A stretch of DNA of 64,000 bases from Sedimentisphaerales bacterium (GTDB lineage: Bacteria > Planctomycetota > Phycisphaerae > Sedimentisphaerales > Anaerobacaceae), in contig OY970194.1 in the NCBI GenBank assembly GCA_963708075.1, forward strand, positions 7,008,001 through 7,072,000, read 5' to 3'. This document shows positions 30,456 to 41,386 of this stretch, piece after piece. The translations under genes were made by a program, and so were the position numbers. A model generated the notes under the pieces. It was not told the DNA's origin, ran no database searches, and was given only the letters and a program-made list of their open reading frames with translations. How positions within the stretch are numbered: position 1 is the first letter of the stretch; every line of letters begins with the position of its first letter.

Positions 30456-30593
30456 GCGTTTGGGCGGGCGTGTGCTTAAATTGTGGTTGTCCGCTGCATC
30501 GGCCACGTGTCAGCGGGCCGTTATTGGGATGACACCCATCGAGGAGCAGCCTCTGGTAGACTGTCGTTTGACAGTACGTCAAAGGAGGCTGTC

Positions 30594-31060
30594 ATGGTTT
30601 GCGTGTACAAGCGTCGAAAGCAGTATTGGATCAGCTACTACGTCAACGGTCAGCAGATCAGGCAATCGCTGCACACGACTAACGAGAGGGTAGCACTCGC
30701 CAGGAAGAAGCGCATCGAGTACGAGTTGTCTCTGGGTGACCTTCAGATGGCCAGTCAACTGCCCCTGGTCCCGGTGTTGGAGGCATTCTGCAAATACTTG
30801 GAGTCGACACGGACCTTCAAGTCTTTCAAGAATGACTTCTCTCGCCTGAGAGCGTTCTTTGGACCTATCTGTCAATCCTTGGAGTCTTGTCCGCCCGGAG
30901 TCAAGCGGGGGCAGCAGACCATGAAGACGGTCAAGGACATGGTAGCCGTGTATATCTACGCCGGCCTGCGGTGTGAAGAGGCATTGTGGCTCACCCCAGA
31001 TGATGTGGATCGTCGTACTCAAGATAGAACTGATCCGACCGCTGACAGGGGATGGCGGTG
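30594..31060 (+). pseudogene. Tyrosine integrase fragment 1 (N-terminal arm region and box I, internally deleted); 3' end approximate
   Basis: AAGGAGG SD; YWISYYVNGQQIRQSL then YAGLRCEEALWL..DDVD; similarity lost afterwards. Confidence 0.7.
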
Positions 31061-31109
31061 TGCCTACCTCGCAGATATTAGGGACCATGAACGCTTATGG
31101 AGACTGCTT

Positions 31110-32007
31110 GCAGATGTCTTCACCAGTGTTGTCGACCTCGATTGGCAGCAAATGATTGAGGAGTACCGGCGTTTCAAACAAGTGGAGGGCCTCCAAGAGG
31201 CGTCAATCTACGAGGCCATGCTGACGCTGGGACATTTCAGACGCCTGGCAGGGCGCCAGTCATCGAGATCGGTCACACAAAACGCTGGACCAGTTCATCC
31301 TGGACCGAGGGCAAGAAATCGAGAAGAATACTCTCAACAAGGACATACGCAATCTGAACGCCTTTCTCAATTGGGCCGCCAGGAATCGTTTCGTGGCTGC
31401 AGACTTGGAGGTCAGGAAGGTCAAGGTAGCTCAGAAGCCTGTGGTTGTGCTCTCGCCACAGCAGGTTCGGGACCTACTCACGGCAACTTCGAGGTATCCA
31501 ACTCTACGGCTGAGAGCATTGCTGGCGGTGACGACTGGTCTTCGACGAGGCGATATCGAGGCGATTCGCATTGGTGATCTTCACTTCGACAGAAACACCA
31601 TTGCCACACGGAATCGCAAGGCAGGGAAAGCCATGCCCGAGCGTCCGATCCCCGAGCCAATCATGACGGAGTTGTCCAATCATGTGGCTACACTCTCCGA
31701 TGGACAGGAAAGGCTCTTCACCGACAGATTCAGCCCCAAGAAGTGGGAGAGAGTCCGGAGGGCTGTCGGGTTGCGCAATCTGAAGTTTCATGACTTGCGC
31801 CAGACCTTTGCTTCCCTGCTAGCTCAAAGAGGTGTGTCGATTACCGTGACCCAGAGACTGCTGGAACACTCCAGCCCTCAACTCACGAACGATGTGTACA
31901 CCAATGTGGATCCGGTACTGCGGCAGGCAATTGACCGACTGCCGGTGGCGGACTGGATAGAACACCGTCCTGCCGTGTTGAAGGACAAGCAGCATTGGCT
32001 ATTATGA
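31110..32007 (+). pseudogene. Tyrosine integrase fragment 2 (5' truncated, frameshift ~31280, catalytic domain complete); 5' end approximate
   Basis: TTGLRRGDI, FHDLRQTFASLL, LLEHSSPQLTNDVY. Confidence 0.85.
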
Positions 32008-32292
32008 AGGCATAGCGAACCCCAACCGCGTGCTTCTACTGGATGCCGGTATGGACAGGGCGCGAATACTCGCATCACCTTGTCAGTGCCTGGAAATCTT
32101 GTTAATGTACGTCAATAAACACTCGATACCGCTTTGATCCGGTCGAGGTTCCCGGCAGCTACGAGTGCTCGGTCTCGGCAGAAATTGGGCCCATCCCGGG
32201 TGTGCGCAGTATGCTGGAGGGATTGTGGGGTCCGAAAAAGTGAAACTCGGTCTCCTCTTGATGGGAGACCTTGCCAAGGTAACAGAATCACG

Positions 32293-32865
32293 ATGCCAGA
32301 TGAACCCAGGAATGACGTTACACGCATCCTGCACGCCGTAAGACGCGGGGAGGCCAGAGCGTTGGATGAACTACTGCCCCTGGTCTACGATGAACTCCGC
32401 CTGCTGGCATCCCAGAAGCTGTCGCACGAATCTCCCGGGCAGACGCTCCAAGCCACCGCACTAGTTCATGAGGCATACCTCCGTCTTATCGGCTCGGAGA
32501 GCAACGCTTGGTCAAACCGCACGTACTTTTTCGGTGCGGCAGCAGAGGCTATGCGTCGCATCCTGGTTGAACACGCTCGCAAGAAAGGGAGCAAGAAACG
32601 TGGTGGAGATCGCCATCGCGTTGATTTCATGAGTGCAGATGTGATGGCGGACGAATCCCCGGATGACCTGATTGCCATGGACGAAGCCCTCATGAAGTTC
32701 TCAGAGACCGATCCGATCAAGGCGGAACTGGTCAAATTGCGTTTTTTTGCCGGTCTGAGCTTTGAGCAGGCCGCCGAACTCCTGGGTATTTCCCCTGCCA
32801 CAGCGAGACGGCACTGGAACTACGCACGGGCTTGGCTTTACGGCCGAATCTGCTCCACGGATTGA
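32293..32865 (+). CDS. ECF sigma factor, TIGR02999-like kinase-associated type
   Basis: LLPLVYDELR, TLQATALVHEAYLRL, AAAEAMRRILVEHAR, VKLRFFAGL, WNYARAWL. Confidence 0.93.
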   Translation: MPDEPRNDVTRILHAVRRGEARALDELLPLVYDELRLLASQKLSHESPGQTLQATALVHEAYLRLIGSESNAWSNRTYFFGAAAEAMRRILVEHARKKGSKKRGGDRHRVDFMSADVMADESPDDLIAMDEALMKFSETDPIKAELVKLRFFAGLSFEQAAELLGISPATARRHWNYARAWLYGRICSTD

Positions 32866-32992
32866 TCCCGCACATTTTTTTCATTTTTCCCGTAAAATCG
32901 TGATTGAACTCACGGTCAATCTGCGCAGGTCCTGTAGAAAGGGCAAAATGCAGGACCTTGGCTGCTATATGAACAGGTAAGAGTCTTCCGTT

Positions 32993-35900
32993 ATGGCACC
33001 AGAACAGAACCCAGAAGAACTATTCCACCGAGCCTTGGAGTTGAAGGACCCTGAGAAGCGGGCTGCCTATTTGGATGAGGCCTGTGCCGGAGATGAAGAA
33101 TTGCGGGCGCAAGTCGATGCCTTGCTCAAGTGGGATAGCGAAGCCGGGGGGTTCATGGACCTGCCGGATAGAGACCCCAATGCCACCCGAGAGGCTCCCC
33201 CTGTCCCGGACATGACCGGCACGGAGATCGGTCGCTACAAGCTGCTGGAGAAGATCGGCGAGGGGGGTATGGCGACCGTCTACATGGCGGAACAGAGGCA
33301 CCCCATCTGCCGCCGCGTTGCCTTGAAGATCATCAAGCTGGGGATGGATACCAAGCAAGTCATCGCCCGCTTTGAGGCAGAACGTCAGGCTCTGGCCATG
33401 ATGGACCACCCCAATATTGCCACGGTATTGGACGCGGGGACGACCGAGACGGGACGGCCCTATTTCGTGATGGAACTGGTCCGGGGGCTACCAATCACTA
33501 AGTTCTGCGATGCCAACAACTTAACGACGCGGGAACGTCTGGAGTTGTTCGTGTCCGTCTGCCATGCCGTCCAGCATGCCCATCAGCGCGGGATCATTCA
33601 TCGGGATATCAAGCCCTCCAACATCTTGGTCACCCTGCACGATGGCAAGCCGGTCCCCAAGGTGATTGACTTCGGGATTGCCAAAGCCCTGAATCAGCGA
33701 CTAACCGAGAAGACCATCTTCACCCGGTACTCCCAGATGATCGGCACGCCGGAGTACATGAGCCCGGAGCAGGCCGAGATGAGCGGGCTGGATGTCGATA
33801 CGAGAACCGATGTCTTCTCGCTGGGCGTACTTCTCTACGAACTGCTCGCGGGTGCAACGCCATTCGATTCGGAGTACCTGCTGAGCAAGGGCTATGGCGA
33901 GATGCAGCGGATCCTACGGGAGGAGGAACCGACGCGCCCGTCCACCAAGGTCAGCACTCTGGGAGAGGCTCTCACGGATGTCGCCCAGCACCGCCGGGTG
34001 GCGCCGGAAGCCTTAAGAAAACTGATGCGCGGCGATCTGGACTGGATCGTGATGAAGACGCTGGAGAAAGACAGGACGCGTCGGTACGAGACGGTGCACG
34101 GCCTGGCCGAAGATGTCGAACGGCACCTGCGGCACGAACCGATAACGGCATCCTCGCCCGGTACGATCTACCGCCTGCAGAAGTTCCTGCGGAGGAATCG
34201 CACGAAGGTCGTAACGTGGTCGGCCGTCGCGGTTATTGTCATCGGGCTGCTGCTTGTCTGCGGCGCTTACCTACGCTTCAGGACCGAGCGAATCCGGAGC
34301 AATGACCTCCGAACCATCGCATTGGTCGAAGATCTGGTCACCAGCGGCGACTATGAGCGGGCGCTGGCCGAAGTCAAACCAGTCCTTTCCAGCCGGTTCG
34401 TCGGCCCGGAAGCCGGGCTTCTGAATGCGCGCATACTGCTGGAACTGCAAAGTCCCGACGCCAGCGTCGAACAGTTGTACAAGCTGCTGAACGAACGGTC
34501 CGAAATCGCCGCCAACGCTCACTTTCTCCTCGCGCGCATCTATCTGGAGTCCGCCGCCCGCGATCCTCACATGAAGGACAAAGCGGAGGTTCACCTGCAG
34601 CATGGGGAACAACTGCTGCCGAGAACTGCGGAGGCTTATTTGCTGCGAGCCGTCGTAGCACAGACTGTGCAGGAGACTCTCCGATGGCTGGAAGAGGCTC
34701 TGCAACTGGATCCGGCGAATTACGATGCTCATCGGGCCCGCGCCCTGACGTGTCTCGCCCTCGGTGAATACCACGACATGGAGACAGAGGCATCCGTAAT
34801 GATCGGCGGTCAGCCGAGGAATCCGGCGGGTTATTCGCTTCGTGCTATTGCGCGGCGTGAACTGGCGCTGGGCCAAAACGACAGTAGACTGCTCGCCGAG
34901 GCTGCTGCGGACCATAACCGGGCGATAAGTCTGACCTCGCCGCATGACAGCCGCATGGCGGATCTATGCAACCAGCGTCACCGGACTCTCATGCAGATGG
35001 GGAAATATGACGATGCTCTCGCCGACATGCAGACCTGCCTGCAGATGCGGCCTCGTGACCCGGTATATCATTTTGACCTGTTCTGTGTGTTGCTGGCACT
35101 GGGTCAGTACGAGAAGGCCCAGGCAGAATACGACAATATTCTCAAGTCTGACCCAATGAGCCAGATGCGTTTTGACTGTCTGGCGGCCAAGTATGTTTCC
35201 GACAGCCTGTGGTCGAGAGGATCGTGGTATCCTCAGGACAAACCGCCGGTTGGGACGGCCTTCGAGAACATGTACGCGGCGGCCAAGCAATACAATCAGC
35301 TTGCCGAGCGGGCCAGGCGTGTCGTGCCTGAAGGTTTCCATCCGAGCTTCTCACCGGACGGCACCGAGTTGGCATACAGCAGAGGTGTGCTTGGCGCCAG
35401 CGGCATTGAGATTCTTCATCTCGGCACAGGCAAGACCCGGCTGTTGACCGTGCCCGGCAAAGACCCGGCGTGGTCTCCCGACGGACAGTACATTCTCTAC
35501 GTTCGTGACCGGCAGTTCTTGTCCATGCAGGACTTGACATCGCCGGGTGAGGGGAGACATCAGTCGTGGAAGCAGGAAGAGGTCTGGATCATCAAAGCCG
35601 ATGGCACCGAGCGTCCAAGGTTTCTGGCCAAAGGGGGCTGGCCAAACTGGTCCGGCGATTCCAAGAGGCTCTACTATCACAGCCGTCTGGACAACATGGT
35701 GTACTCCATGTCGACGGATCCGAACAACGCGAATCCGAAGGAAGTTTTCGCATGCGAAACCCAGTTTCCCGTGGTGTCACCGGATGAGAAATTCATCGCA
35801 TTCATCGAAAAGAAGACCGGCATATTCAAGATCGTGAATCTAACCGATGGGTCGGAGGCAGCATCCTGGTCGGGGGTTGGTGGAGACGAGCTATCTTTCA

Positions 35901-36151
35901 TCTGCTGGTCGGCGGATGCGAAGCGGCTGGCCATCGGACGGTATTGGCAAGGAGGGCTCTGGATCTACGACACGGGCACACAACAGGCGACCAGGATCGT
36001 CGACGGTTCTTTTGCCTGGTGCGCTTGGTCGGTTCCCGAGATGAGCCGCATGGTCATCGAGCGCGTGTTTGGGTCGTGGCATCACGAGATTTGGATCGCC
36101 GATGTGGTTGAAGATGGTATCCCGATGGTTACCCGGAAGAACTCAGAGTGA
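32993..36151 (+). CDS. Membrane Ser/Thr protein kinase with TPR and TolB/PD40-like repeats
   Basis: IGEGGMATVY, VALKII, HRDIKPSN, DFG, GTPEYMSPEQ; hydrophobic segment ~aa 410-430; PSFSPDG and PAWSPDG repeats. Confidence 0.95.
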   Translation: MAPEQNPEELFHRALELKDPEKRAAYLDEACAGDEELRAQVDALLKWDSEAGGFMDLPDRDPNATREAPPVPDMTGTEIGRYKLLEKIGEGGMATVYMAEQRHPICRRVALKIIKLGMDTKQVIARFEAERQALAMMDHPNIATVLDAGTTETGRPYFVMELVRGLPITKFCDANNLTTRERLELFVSVCHAVQHAHQRGIIHRDIKPSNILVTLHDGKPVPKVIDFGIAKALNQRLTEKTIFTRYSQMIGTPEYMSPEQAEMSGLDVDTRTDVFSLGVLLYELLAGATPFDSEYLLSKGYGEMQRILREEEPTRPSTKVSTLGEALTDVAQHRRVAPEALRKLMRGDLDWIVMKTLEKDRTRRYETVHGLAEDVERHLRHEPITASSPGTIYRLQKFLRRNRTKVVTWSAVAVIVIGLLLVCGAYLRFRTERIRSNDLRTIALVEDLVTSGDYERALAEVKPVLSSRFVGPEAGLLNARILLELQSPDASVEQLYKLLNERSEIAANAHFLLARIYLESAARDPHMKDKAEVHLQHGEQLLPRTAEAYLLRAVVAQTVQETLRWLEEALQLDPANYDAHRARALTCLALGEYHDMETEASVMIGGQPRNPAGYSLRAIARRELALGQNDSRLLAEAAADHNRAISLTSPHDSRMADLCNQRHRTLMQMGKYDDALADMQTCLQMRPRDPVYHFDLFCVLLALGQYEKAQAEYDNILKSDPMSQMRFDCLAAKYVSDSLWSRGSWYPQDKPPVGTAFENMYAAAKQYNQLAERARRVVPEGFHPSFSPDGTELAYSRGVLGASGIEILHLGTGKTRLLTVPGKDPAWSPDGQYILYVRDRQFLSMQDLTSPGEGRHQSWKQEEVWIIKADGTERPRFLAKGGWPNWSGDSKRLYYHSRLDNMVYSMSTDPNNANPKEVFACETQFPVVSPDEKFIAFIEKKTGIFKIVNLTDGSEAASWSGVGGDELSFICWSADAKRLAIGRYWQGGLWIYDTGTQQATRIVDGSFAWCAWSVPEMSRMVIERVFGSWHHEIWIADVVEDGIPMVTRKNSE

Positions 36152-36191
36152 ATGCATTTTCTGGAGGGTTCGGTTATGTCACGGGGAAACG

Positions 36192-38691
36192 ATGAGCATG
36201 CTGAGAGGATTTGTTCGAAGACCGGGCGTCGCGTCGAGCGAGGAAGGGACCACCGCTGGGCGTCTTGGTGCTGCCCTTCGTGGGGCTGGCGTCACTGCTG
36301 TGGTTCCTGATACGTGTGATCCCCAAGCCCTCGCGGGCGGCCTATCCATGCCAGCGGGCAGCTTTTCCCCTGGCCTCGGCTTTTGTGGTGTGGCTGACCG
36401 GCATAGTCGTATCGAGCCTGGCGTATCGCAAGGCCAGGCGTCTGGCGGGCCGAGCCCGCTACGTGGCTGCCGGACTCTTCGCGGCGGTGGCGGTGGCGGC
36501 TATCTGGTGGTCGATCAACATCACCGCCGACACCGGTGCGCGTGCGGCGTTCGTCCCGATTGATCCGCCCAATAGCCCGATCGGCGTCGGCAAGGGCATC
36601 TATCCGGGTCGGGTCGTATGGGTACACGATCCCAACGCAACGAAGTGGGACGGTGTGACCGGCTTTTGGTGGGAAGACCAGAATCTGGATCAGCAGGCGG
36701 TGGATAGCATGGTCTCGCGTACCCTGCGGACTCTTGCTGGAGAGGATGATGATGCAGCCGCCTGGGATGCCATCTTTCGCTATTTCAATCGCACCTACGG
36801 CACCGGCGACGTCGGCTATCAGCCGGGCGAAAAACTCGCAATCAAGATCAACCTGAACCCGGAGGGATACGGCCCCGCTTATGACACCCGCGGCGGCAAC
36901 GGCCGCATGCCAAGCCCGCAGATGATTCATTCCCTCCTTGCCCAACTCTTCGACAACGTGCATGTTTCCGGGTCAGACGTCACCATTTATGATGCCTCGC
37001 GGGCCATTGCCAATCCGCTCTACAACCGGATCCACGGCGATGCAGACCCGAATTTCCAGAACGTGAGGTTCGTTGCCAATACCACGGGCAACGGCCGCAT
37101 CGGTGCGGTCTATGACCCCACCTATCCCGTCCACTTCGCCAATCCGAGCGTGAGTCCCGCGAACAATGCCACGGCTTATCTGCCAACCTGCGTGACCGAA
37201 GCCAAATATCTGATCAATATGGCCCAGCTCTCGGCGCATAGCATGTACGGTTTTACCGCGAGCGGCAAGAACTGGTTTGGCTCTATCTGTTGGCGGAACG
37301 GCGGCTGGACGCCCTCGCCCCTGCACAACTTCGGTCTTCGCAATAATCCTATGGGCTCCTACAACTGCATTGTCGATCTCATTGGCCACCCGCAACTCGG
37401 CGGTAAGACGCTGCTGTTCCTGGTGGATGGTCTCTATGGTTCCGACAACGCGATCACCAGGGTGCTCCGCTTCAGCTCCTTTGGCAACAATTGGACCGCC
37501 AGCGTGTTTGCGTCGCAGGACTCCATTGCAATCGATTCGGTCGTACTGGATTTCCTGCGGAATGAACCGCTGCTGAACAACAACTGCTCCGGCCAAGGCG
37601 TGGACAATTACCTCCACGAGACAGCCCTGGCGGGCAATCCGCCCTCGGGCAGTTTCTACGATCCAAGCCGCACCGGATCTCGTCTGGCCAGTCTCGGCGT
37701 CCACGAGCACTGGAACAACGCGGTGGACAGGCAGTACTCCCGCAATCTCGGCAAAAGCGAAGGCATCGAACTCGTCACGCCCTCGCTGGCCGTGCCGGAT
37801 GGAGCGGTCACAAATACCGCAACCGGCATACACTATGGCTATATCCGTGATGCCGTGTCGGAGGCGAGCAATGGGGATGTCATCGAAGTGGCGCCCGGCA
37901 TCTACGAAGAGACGGTTTCGTTCAGCGGGAAAGCCTTGCGGATCACCTCGCAGAACCCCTGGGATTCAAACGTGGTCGCAGCTACGGTGATCCAGGGGGC
38001 GACGTTCGCCGCCGGCGCGGACGCCAACTCCGTGCTTGAGGGCTTCACGATCAGCGGTGCCGGCCCAGGCATCTCTTGCGAAAGTGCCTCCCCGTGGATC
38101 GATCACTGCTGCATTGTGGATAATGGAAAGTCAGGTATTGTGCTATCGGCGGGCAGCAATCCACTGCTGACCAACTGCATCATTGCGGGCAACGGGGGCG
38201 ATGGCATCGATATGTCGGCAACGCAGGGAAGCCGGCAAGTGGTATACGGCAGCGCCACGATTCTGCACTGCGACATCCTGGGCAATCGCGGCGATGGGAT
38301 TCGCGGCGGCAGACCCACAGTGGACAGTACGATCATTCACGCCAATGGCCGCGTGCCCGGAACGGCCCAGGTCATTGCCAATGCGGCGACCGTCAGCTAC
38401 TCGAATGTGCAAGGTGGGTGGCCCGGCGAGGGCAATATTGACGCGGACCCCGACTTCGTCAAGCCGGGGTGCTGGGCAGATCCGACTGATCCGAATGAGC
38501 CCGTCGGGGCGGGTGAGACAGAGGCGGTCTGGGTAGGAGGCGACTATCACTTGAAGGCGGGTTCGCCTTGTATCGATGCCGGCAATCCTGTCACCATCAC
38601 GTGGATGGATGTCGAGATCGACGGCCTATGGCGCGCGGTGGGCTCTGCCCTGGACATCGGTGCCTATGAATTCGGCATGCTGCCCTTCTAA
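36192..38691 (+). CDS. Secreted or membrane DUF362-like protein with C-terminal right-handed beta-helix; 5' end probably affected by indels
   Basis: WFLIRVIPKPSRAAYPCQR, GIYPGRVVWVHDP, SLGVHEHWNN, NIDADPDFV, SPCIDAG, DIGAYE; upstream ICSKTGRR lies in a neighbouring frame. Confidence 0.7.
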
Positions 38692-38786
38692 GGGACTGTC
38701 GGCGCGGTCGTATTTCCGGTCGGTGCCATCGGAAGCGCCGCGTCGGCACGACTCTTGAGCCTATTGGCAGCAAGCACGGCGCGACG
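38690..38786 (+). repeat. Structured intergenic repeat, copy 1
   Basis: Aligns with 49862-49945 and 55075-55167; hairpin with TTCCG-N11-CGGAA core. Confidence 0.9.
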
Positions 38787-38839
38787 AGGCCAGTGTTGTG
38801 AAGCTCGTGCACACGATTATCCTTGAAAGGAGCGAAGAG

Positions 38840-40222
38840 ATGAAGATGAGAGCAGCTGTTACGGCAGTCGTCTTGATGGTGGTAGCTGGCGGCAGTCTGG
38901 CTGCGGATTGGCCGCAGTATCTTGGACTCAACCGAAATAGTACATCGGACCAGAAGGATCTGTTACGCTCCTGGCCTGAGAATGGGCCGAAGGTCCTGTG
39001 GACTGTTGCTGTTGGCATTGGGTATGGGGGACCTGTTGTCAAAGACGGCAAGGTGTACTTACTCGACAGGGATGATAAGGTAGGGGATAACCTGCGGTGC
39101 TTAGACCTCTCCAATGGCAAGGAACTCTGGAGTTTTGCCTATGACGCTCCCGGATCTGTGATGTTTCCTGGCTCGCGCAGCGTGCCGATCGTGGACGGCA
39201 ATCATGTTTATTCGTGCGGTCCCTGTGGCGATCTCTATTGCATCGACATAAACACACACAAACCGGTCTGGAATAAGAACGTGTGGACGGATTTCGGCGG
39301 CAGACCCGCAAGCGGCTCATCGGGGGGATTTGGATCACGCGGACCCGGTAGTTTTCCGATCTGGGCCATTACGCAGTGTCCTCTGGTTTACGGCGATTTG
39401 CTGATTGTGGCTTCACAGGCGCCGCAGGCTGGTGTGGTGGCTTATGAGAAGCGTACTGGCAGTCTCAAATGGAAGACACCCAATCTCGGCAATGAATCAT
39501 ATGCCAGTCCTTCAGTTGTGAAAATAGACGGGAAAGACCATGTCGTAATGGTCATTTCATCTACTAATCCTTTTGGAAATCGAGGATTGCCTCAAACGCT
39601 GGGTAATGTTGTTGGAATAGAACCTCTTACGGGAGAGATTCTCTGGAAATATGATCAGTGGCGGTGTCACATTTCGGTGCCGAGTGCCGTTGATGCCGGT
39701 GACAGCAAAGTACTCGTTGTAGGCGGATATGAACTCGGTGCAACGATGCTGAAGGTCGAAAAGAAGGCGGACGGCAGCTACGGCGCAACAGAACTCTTTA
39801 CTACGGAAGAATTTGGCGATCAGACGAAACCGCCGATACTCCATAACGGCTATTTCTATGCCCAGTACGGAACCAATAGCCGAAATGACGGCCTGACATG
39901 CATGAGCATGGATGGCAAGATCATGTGGAAAACAGGACGTTCACCTCAGTTTAATAAAGGCAGTATGATTCTCGTCGACGGTCTGATTCTGGCTACCGAC
40001 GGTAGGAAGACTCTGTATCTCATAGAGCCTGATCCATCCGGGTTCAAGGCACTTGCATCCGCAGAGGTGCTTGCAGAAGGAGGAACAGGATTGGAAAACG
40101 ATCCTTTGGCTTCAAGAGTTGGAGGTTCAACCCAGAACTGGGCGCCGTTGGCACTTTCCGATGGCAAGCTCCTGATCAGGGACCAAAGCAGGTTGATGTG
40201 CATTCAAGCTGCTCGGAAATAG
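38840..40222 (+). CDS. Secreted PQQ-like (BamB-type) beta-propeller protein
   Basis: Signal peptide then ADWPQYLG.NR; Trp-docking repeats; WAPLALSDGKLLIRD. Confidence 0.9.
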   Translation: MKMRAAVTAVVLMVVAGGSLAADWPQYLGLNRNSTSDQKDLLRSWPENGPKVLWTVAVGIGYGGPVVKDGKVYLLDRDDKVGDNLRCLDLSNGKELWSFAYDAPGSVMFPGSRSVPIVDGNHVYSCGPCGDLYCIDINTHKPVWNKNVWTDFGGRPASGSSGGFGSRGPGSFPIWAITQCPLVYGDLLIVASQAPQAGVVAYEKRTGSLKWKTPNLGNESYASPSVVKIDGKDHVVMVISSTNPFGNRGLPQTLGNVVGIEPLTGEILWKYDQWRCHISVPSAVDAGDSKVLVVGGYELGATMLKVEKKADGSYGATELFTTEEFGDQTKPPILHNGYFYAQYGTNSRNDGLTCMSMDGKIMWKTGRSPQFNKGSMILVDGLILATDGRKTLYLIEPDPSGFKALASAEVLAEGGTGLENDPLASRVGGSTQNWAPLALSDGKLLIRDQSRLMCIQAARK

Positions 40223-40288
40223 ACAATAATATGAATGCACACAATAGGATGCCAGAGCAGATTTATCTTTGGGAGAAAGGTGACAACA

Positions 40289-41386
40289 ATGTCACGCATC
40301 AGACACATATTGCCAAGGATGGCAATCCTTAGGGCAATGTTGTCAGCAGCACTCATTAGTATTGCATCAGGATCGGCAATGGCAGCAGACTATAAACTGA
40401 ATCCATTTACCCTGACCTATGACGGTGCGATTACCGAAAACGTAAAAGGCAAAGTAAGTATTCATCCAGTCACTTACACACTTAACGGCATTAGTATTTC
40501 TGCCAACGTTTATACCCCGACACACTATGACTCAGGGAAACAATACCCGACGATTGCGGTTGCTCACCCCAATGGGGGTGTGAAGGAACAAGTCGCCGGC
40601 CTGTATGCCCAGCGTTTGGCTGAACAGGGATACATCACCATTGCTGCTGACGCGGCGTATCAAGGCGCGAGCGGCGGTTTGCCCCGCAATACGGATAAGC
40701 CAGCCAATCGCATTGAGGACATTCATGACATGGCGGACTTCATCAGCCAATACGATGGTGTTGATACTGATCGTCTCGGGCTGCTTGGTATCTGTGGAGG
40801 TGGCGGCTATGCCTTGAAGGCAGCCCAGACTGACAAGCGTTTTAAGGCAATTGCTACTTTGAGCATGTTCAATTCTGGGAGGGTAAGGCGCAACGGCTTC
40901 ATGGATTCACAAGTCGCCACTATACAGGAGCGCTTGAAGCAGGCCTCAGACGCCCGAGCCCAAGAGGCGGCTGGAGGAGAGATCATCTATGCCGCTGATG
41001 CCAAGCTGACTGATGAGCAGATTGCCGCGTTGCCGTTCGATTTGTATCGTCAGGGATTTGAATACTACGGCAAGACTCACGCTCATCCCAATTCGACGTT
41101 TAGATACCCGATGAGCAACCTGCTCTCCTTGATGAGTTTTGATGCTGCCAGTCATATGGACCTGATCGATCAGCCACTCCTGATGATGGCAGGAAGCAAG
41201 GCGGACTCCCTGTATATGACCCAAGATGCTTTCAAAAAGGCGGTCAACGCGACAGACAAGGAATTGTTCTTGATTGAAGGGGCCACCCATATCGAGACCT
41301 ATTGGAAACCGCGATATGTGAATCAGGCCATGGGTAAACTGACCCAGTTCTTCGGTGAGACACTCAAGGAAGGAACCAGGTCATGA
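40289..41386 (+). CDS. Alpha/beta hydrolase (YcjY-like), signal peptide
   Basis: HPNGGVKEQ, GICGGGGY, GATHIETY. Confidence 0.88.
   Translation: MSRIRHILPRMAILRAMLSAALISIASGSAMAADYKLNPFTLTYDGAITENVKGKVSIHPVTYTLNGISISANVYTPTHYDSGKQYPTIAVAHPNGGVKEQVAGLYAQRLAEQGYITIAADAAYQGASGGLPRNTDKPANRIEDIHDMADFISQYDGVDTDRLGLLGICGGGGYALKAAQTDKRFKAIATLSMFNSGRVRRNGFMDSQVATIQERLKQASDARAQEAAGGEIIYAADAKLTDEQIAALPFDLYRQGFEYYGKTHAHPNSTFRYPMSNLLSLMSFDAASHMDLIDQPLLMMAGSKADSLYMTQDAFKKAVNATDKELFLIEGATHIETYWKPRYVNQAMGKLTQFFGETLKEGTRS

Noticed and set aside
31110..32007. Integrase as an integron IntI driving the triple repeat
   Set aside because: No IntI-specific insertion between the catalytic boxes is evident, the gene is broken, and the repeats lack canonical RYYYAAC/GTTRRRY ends. 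A classical integron is not supported.
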